From contig CM097882.1 in the NCBI GenBank assembly GCA_044892505.1, forward strand, positions 160,518,001-160,582,000: DNA of 64,000 nt, in the 5' to 3' direction. The position numbers and the translations under genes are program-made. This DNA is from Schmidtea nova (taxonomy: Eukaryota). The notes under the pieces are model-generated. The model was given only the letters and a program-made list of their open reading frames with translations, did not search any database and was not told the origin of the DNA. This document shows, piece by piece, positions 59,034 to 64,000 of this stretch (its first letter is position 1; every line of letters starts with the position of its first letter).

Positions 59034-61324
59034 NNNNNNNNNNNNNNNNNNNNNNNNNNNNNNNNNNNNNNNNNNNNNNNNNNNNNNNNNNNNNNNNNNN
59101 NNNNNNNNNNNNNNNNNNNNNNNNNNNNNNNNNNNNNNNNNNNNNNNNNNNNNNNNNNNNNNNNNNNNNNNNNNNNNNNNNNNNNNNNNNNNNNNNNNNN
59201 NNNNNNNNNNNNNNNNNNNNNNNAAATATAAAAAATGTTTAATGACTTTTAAAAAATTTGAAAAATCAAAAACTAAAATTGAAAATGCTAAAATTTATTA
59301 AATAACATTTACGCAATCACGCCTTGTCAATTCTCCAAATTAAAATAATAACATCTTTTGCATCTATTTTATAACCCGGAATGATTATAGAAATGAACCA
59401 ATGTTCTTGATCCTTGTATTCGATAGATTGGAAAGTATCATGGAAACAAGTTTTCGGTTGTTGATCCAAATAGTTTCCTTGCAACTTAAACTTTTATTGA
59501 TTTTCAATGAAACCTTATTTAGTGCAACAACATCTTCTTTACTTAAATTTGCAGCTAAATTGTTATTCAATGACTTTGTTAATTTCACTGGATACGACAA
59601 ACAAAACAGTATTTATTTTACAAACAAATTAATTTTGTAATCGTAATACATTTGTACTGGTTTCACTTCATTATTGATTTTCCTTTCTTCACTAATGTCA
59701 AAAGTTGATTTACGTGCTGGCATTTTAAAAATTGTGACATTATCTGAAAAATGACATTGTATTTATAATGATGAGTAATGCCTTTGTCCAACCAAAATTA
59801 TGCATTCTAATTGTACATGACATGCATGTCTTTGTTGTATATAAATTATGCATGTGTTTAATTAATATGTTTATCGATTTATCATCTTTAATTATCTTGT
59901 TTTTGTCATATAAAAATTATTTTACATAATTTAAAACATTTCTTAGAAACTTATTTACTTTAAAACCTAATTACTTTAAAACTTATATACTTATTTACTT
60001 TTATATCTTATTTTACTTTAAAATAAAAAACGAAAATTATAAATTAATGAACATTTATTAAATAATAATTAAAAACTAAAATTACAACATAAAAAATGAC
60101 AACACATATAAAACAATTAAATAGTTCATTCTGCAATGTCGATATCATCAACCTTACGATGACATTCATCGCAATTTGGAGATTTCATAGACTGATCTCA
60201 TTCAAGCGGATATGGCCCATCGAGAGTTTATGCCTGACAATTATTGCGATCCATAGATTTGCCAGATCCATCGTTGATTGATTTGAAAGTGCCAGACAAT
60301 CGGTCAAATTTGGTCATATTTCTTTCGGTTCCTCTTCATTGAATTTGTCTAATCTTTTGGAATATACCTCATATTCCTTCAGTGCATTTTGAAGCGCCCA
60401 GATATGGAATTTTTGGATGCGGTCCGTGCAATGTCTGCATTGATGCGCAGAGAATAGGCTCGGCCATGTACGGAATCTCTGTCTCTTGATTGGCCAGATG
60501 ACCGAGGAAGATTTGATTGATATCGATCCCGATCAGGCATTGGATCTTGTATGGGAACAGTTTCGGTGTCGTATGTCGGCATCAGATTTTGGTAGATCTT
60601 CTCCAGTTTACCTAGCAGTACGTACATAAATTTATCTAGAAAATAAATATTATAATAATGAAAAATTGTAAATTTAAAACTTTACCACAATTCATTAAAG
60701 TTGATCAGAGACACATTTTAAGTTATAAATGATTGCAAAATTTTCATTGTATATAAACCATAGTAACACACAAGAAAATGAAACATACACTCAACCAATC
60801 AGATTCGAGTATGCATAACATGTCTTTATTCCATAAATACACAATGAACCAATCAGAATCATTCATTACTGTTGCTGATCTAATGCAATCATGAGTCATA
60901 CGTTAATATGAAATCAATAAACTCTTTATCTTCAATAATTGATTTTATATCTAAAGATAATTTTGGCAAATAACACATTCTACTAATTTATCCAAATAAT
61001 TTAAATTACAACTAAATCCCAAGTCTGCCGTTACAGAAATCGATTGGATTGTTAAATCAAAGATCTTTACTTTTTCATTGCTAATAAATTCCTTGCATAC
61101 CATAATTTAAATCTCCGGTCTTAAAATATTTTATCGGATATTTCCCTCTATCAATAATTTGCTGTGGTTTCCCATTTGGAAAATTCATGTGCGATACATC
61201 AGTCTTATCCTTATACTTTATATTGCTAAGAATTATTGAAATTCTTTTAAATATTACAATAACAATGACAATTATTATTTAAAACAAATATAAACAATAA
61301 TAAATAATTAATAAAATCAGAAAT

Positions 61325-61950
61325 ATGGAATTAAGAAACGATGCAGTGTTTCAAATTGTTGGACCGAGCGGGAGTGGGAAAACTTTATTTGTTGGTAAAT
61401 TATTACAATCAAAATTATTCAAATCAAAGTTTAATAAAATTTATTGGCATTGGGGAGCAGATGAAGAACATGGAATGACTCAAGATCAATTTTGTAAAAT
61501 AAAAATGACAATCATAAAAGGTTTCGATAAAAATTGTTCATCTAGATTAAGAGAAGGGGATGTGATTACTATTGATGATTTGTATCAAGAGGCAAATAAA
61601 GAGAAGGATTTTAATAATTTATTTACAAAAGTCGCTAGACATAAAGGAGTTGCAGTTATTTTTTTTACTCAGAATTTATTTCATCAGGGTGGCGGTCATT
61701 GAACGCAGAATTTGAATGTTCAATATCTTGTTGTTTTTGAAAATCCTAGAGATGCAACAGTTATTGATTTTCTTGAAAGACAAGAATTCCCTATTAATCA
61801 CAATTTCTTGATTGATGCATTATAAGATGCTACAAAAGTTCCTCATGATATGTTTTTCTTGATTTCACACAACAATGTTGTGATGATTTATGAGTTAGAA
61901 CTGATATTTTCAGCAAGGAAGGAGCCATGGTTTACAAAAAAAGTTTTTGA
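61325..61950 (+). pseudogene. Maverick/Polinton A32/FtsK-like packaging ATPase
   Basis: GPSGSGKT Walker A, ITIDD Walker B, ARHKG.AVIFFTQNLF, YLVVFENPRD. In-frame stops after 61702. Confidence 0.92.
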
Positions 61951-62029
61951 AAACAAAGAAAATCGGAAAAGCAAAGAAACCAGTTTCAAAAACCAGTTAT
62001 ACACGCTCTAAAAATTACTTATTGATAAT

Positions 62030-62423
62030 ATTCCAAAGAGTAATCGTATTCAAAATACTATAAAACCAAATCCAAAACAAATACTTCATCGTAGTTTTCC
62101 ATTTTTCAATGCATTACTAAAAGCCCTAAGTACTAGAAGAATGAGTATTTTACAATCGTTTCTTAATTACGTTATTGATGATTTACTAATGATTTTAATT
62201 AAATTCGTTAGAGATAAAATCAATATAAATGAATCTAAAAGAACAGTTTTGAACAAACACAAGAAACATTTGTTATCACTTGTAGAAACAAAGAAATAGA
62301 AAATTAATGCGTAAAATAATGCGTAAAATAATATATAAACAACAAGGAGGATTTATTGCAGTATTGTTACCATTATGATTAGCATTATTGGGAGGTGCTG
62401 GTTTAGTTAAAAAAAGGTCATAA
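62030..62423 (+). pseudogene. Maverick small basic protein ending in QQGG|F plus a hydrophobic helix
   Basis: ...LNKHKKHLLSL...RKIIYKQQGGFIAVLLPL*LALLGGAGL, located between ATPase and integrase. Confidence 0.55.
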
Positions 62424-62426
62424 ACA

Positions 62427-63579
62427 ATGGGTCAATCATTGACTAATCTTAATTTAAACTTTAATTCTTCTTGTTTTAATGGAAAAGATATGGACAAACC
62501 AAAAACACGAAGCAGGTTTCGGTGGAGTCGAAAAGCTAATGAAAAATGTATCGAATTCAAAAAAAACATACTCAAAGTTGGTTATCGGGGCAACTTGCAT
62601 GCTGTTAAAACAAACCGATACTGAAACAGTTTCCGACACGAGTATATAAAAAATATAGAATTGTTGGGTTATTAATGAGTAGTTGGTATTGTCTGTCTCC
62701 TGTGTTCTCTTTTTATCACAACAATAAATCAAAGCCAACACAAAACTTTTTTATTTTGATTCAACAACAACACTTCACAAAAGGTTATAAAGGTTCTGCA
62801 CTCTGCGATAGGGTAGAAATTCCCTTTTTGGTACGAAAGGAATTGATAGATCGCTAGTTTATAACTTCTAATTACCGCTTCAGTTGCCTTTTCTACGTTC
62901 CGGTTTGTTGCTCAACTCGTTGAATATTTCTTCGACAAACTGCTAATATCAGCAATTTGCCCTCAGTTTATATACTACCTGTTTGTTGTCATCCTGTCGC
63001 CTTAATTGGATCTGTCGAAAATAAAATAATTAGATTGGTTTGGCCGCTGCCTAATTGAATTTCGCTTATAATTGGTTTGAGGCTTTTCCTGGAGCATCCT
63101 TTGCTCATTCAATTTGTTTGGATAACTAAATGATTTTGTTGATGCACCGGATTTCCCACATCGCTCGGGTTTCCCATTGGCTCGGGTTTCCCATTAGACA
63201 ATTAATTATTTTTAAATTTGTATTTTCTTAATTTATCTTTCTGGAGGTCTCTTTTAATTTTATATACCCATATTTGAATTTGTCACATTATTTGACATCC
63301 TCCAATACCAGTTTCCCCCTCTGAATCTTTATTTTTGAATTTCATAAATTTTTAATTAATGTAACATTTTAATTATTGTTTTTCCCAATTTGTAATTTTA
63401 TTGATTTGCACATAGCTTTTGTGCCTTTTACTTTTATTTTCTGTTTACTTTAACAACCCCAACAGAATTAATGATTTTTGGCAAATAGATTTGATGGAAA
63501 TAATTCCGTATTCGAAAATTAACAAGGGATACAAATATATTTTAATATGTATTGATGTTTACAGTCGTTTCGCTCTGAC
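62427..63579 (+). pseudogene. Maverick retroviral-type integrase, split by a solo LTR and truncated by a hAT
   Basis: AGFGGVEKL...KQFPTRVYKKYR, then after the LTR INDFWQIDLMEIIPYSKINKGYKYILICIDVYSRFA. Confidence 0.88.
62662..63464 (+). mobile_element. Solo LTR, family A
   Basis: TGTTGGG...CCCAACA ends and TSD GAAT (62658-62661, 63465-63468). Confidence 0.92.
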
Positions 63580-64000
63580 TAGAGTATCCGACATGATTAT
63601 CGATTAATCGACTAATCGTGTATTTTCATCAATTTGTGAATAATCGATTAATCGTCTTTTTAAAGATTACTTTACTAGGATTTTAATAATTAAAAAAACT
63701 AAAATGGACGTATATTTTTAAATTTTTATTTTTTAAAATTAGGCTATGACGAAGTAAAGATTAACATATGCATTTTTTGTTGCATTTCATTTCATTTGGT
63801 TTGATTTGATTTGTTTTGTTTAGTTTTGTTTTAATTTATTACTGCTGATTTATTAGTGCGTGTTCGTATTGAAAAATAATTTATATTAAAACTTAATAAT
63901 AAATAATCCTCAGAAATGCCGAAACAAAAATCTTTAGTTTGGCAATATTTTAGAAAGCAAGCGAAAGATAAATCAAAATGTAATAATTGCGGTTTTGGGG
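63580..64000 (+). mobile_element. 5' end of a probable hAT transposon with BED zinc-finger start at 63916
   Basis: TAGAG start, aatcgattaatcg subterminal repeats, MPKQKSLVWQYFRKQAKDKSKCNNC. Confidence 0.65.

Noticed and set aside
59385-59720. Short minus-strand ORF pieces
   Set aside because: Frameshifted with no motif; cannot be distinguished from chance.

Overview
AT-rich eukaryotic (animal-like) DNA, mostly nested mobile elements. The N runs look like hard-masked simple repeats or gaps. The only clear host gene is a 5-exon NDUFA5 (29861-36723, +), with 41-48 bp introns plus a 6.4 kb intron that needs a GC donor. The highlight is a young, full-length 13.9 kb Ty3/Gypsy LTR element (8120-22060, minus strand; 1.1 kb LTRs about 99% identical, ATGG TSD, PBS, PPT) inserted into a dead Maverick/Polinton PolB gene. 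Its three large ORFs are one reading frame of about 3,040 codons broken by only two in-frame stops. The domain order is Gag (CA, CCHC), ubiquitin-like domain, AT-hook, Bcl-2-like domain, internal signal peptide, chuvirus-G/gB-like (class III) fusion glycoprotein with TM, protease, RT, RNase H, integrase, second signal peptide, FN3-like domain, Thr-rich stalk and TM. A separate ORF with a degenerate DEDDh (ISG20/REX4-like) exonuclease domain runs through the PPT into U3. The window also holds a second Maverick fragment (ATPase, GG|F protein, integrase), several solo LTRs, and Tc1, pogo/Tigger, hAT, Penelope-like and foldback/MITE elements, plus several long palindromes. All family assignments come from motif recognition by eye, not database searches.
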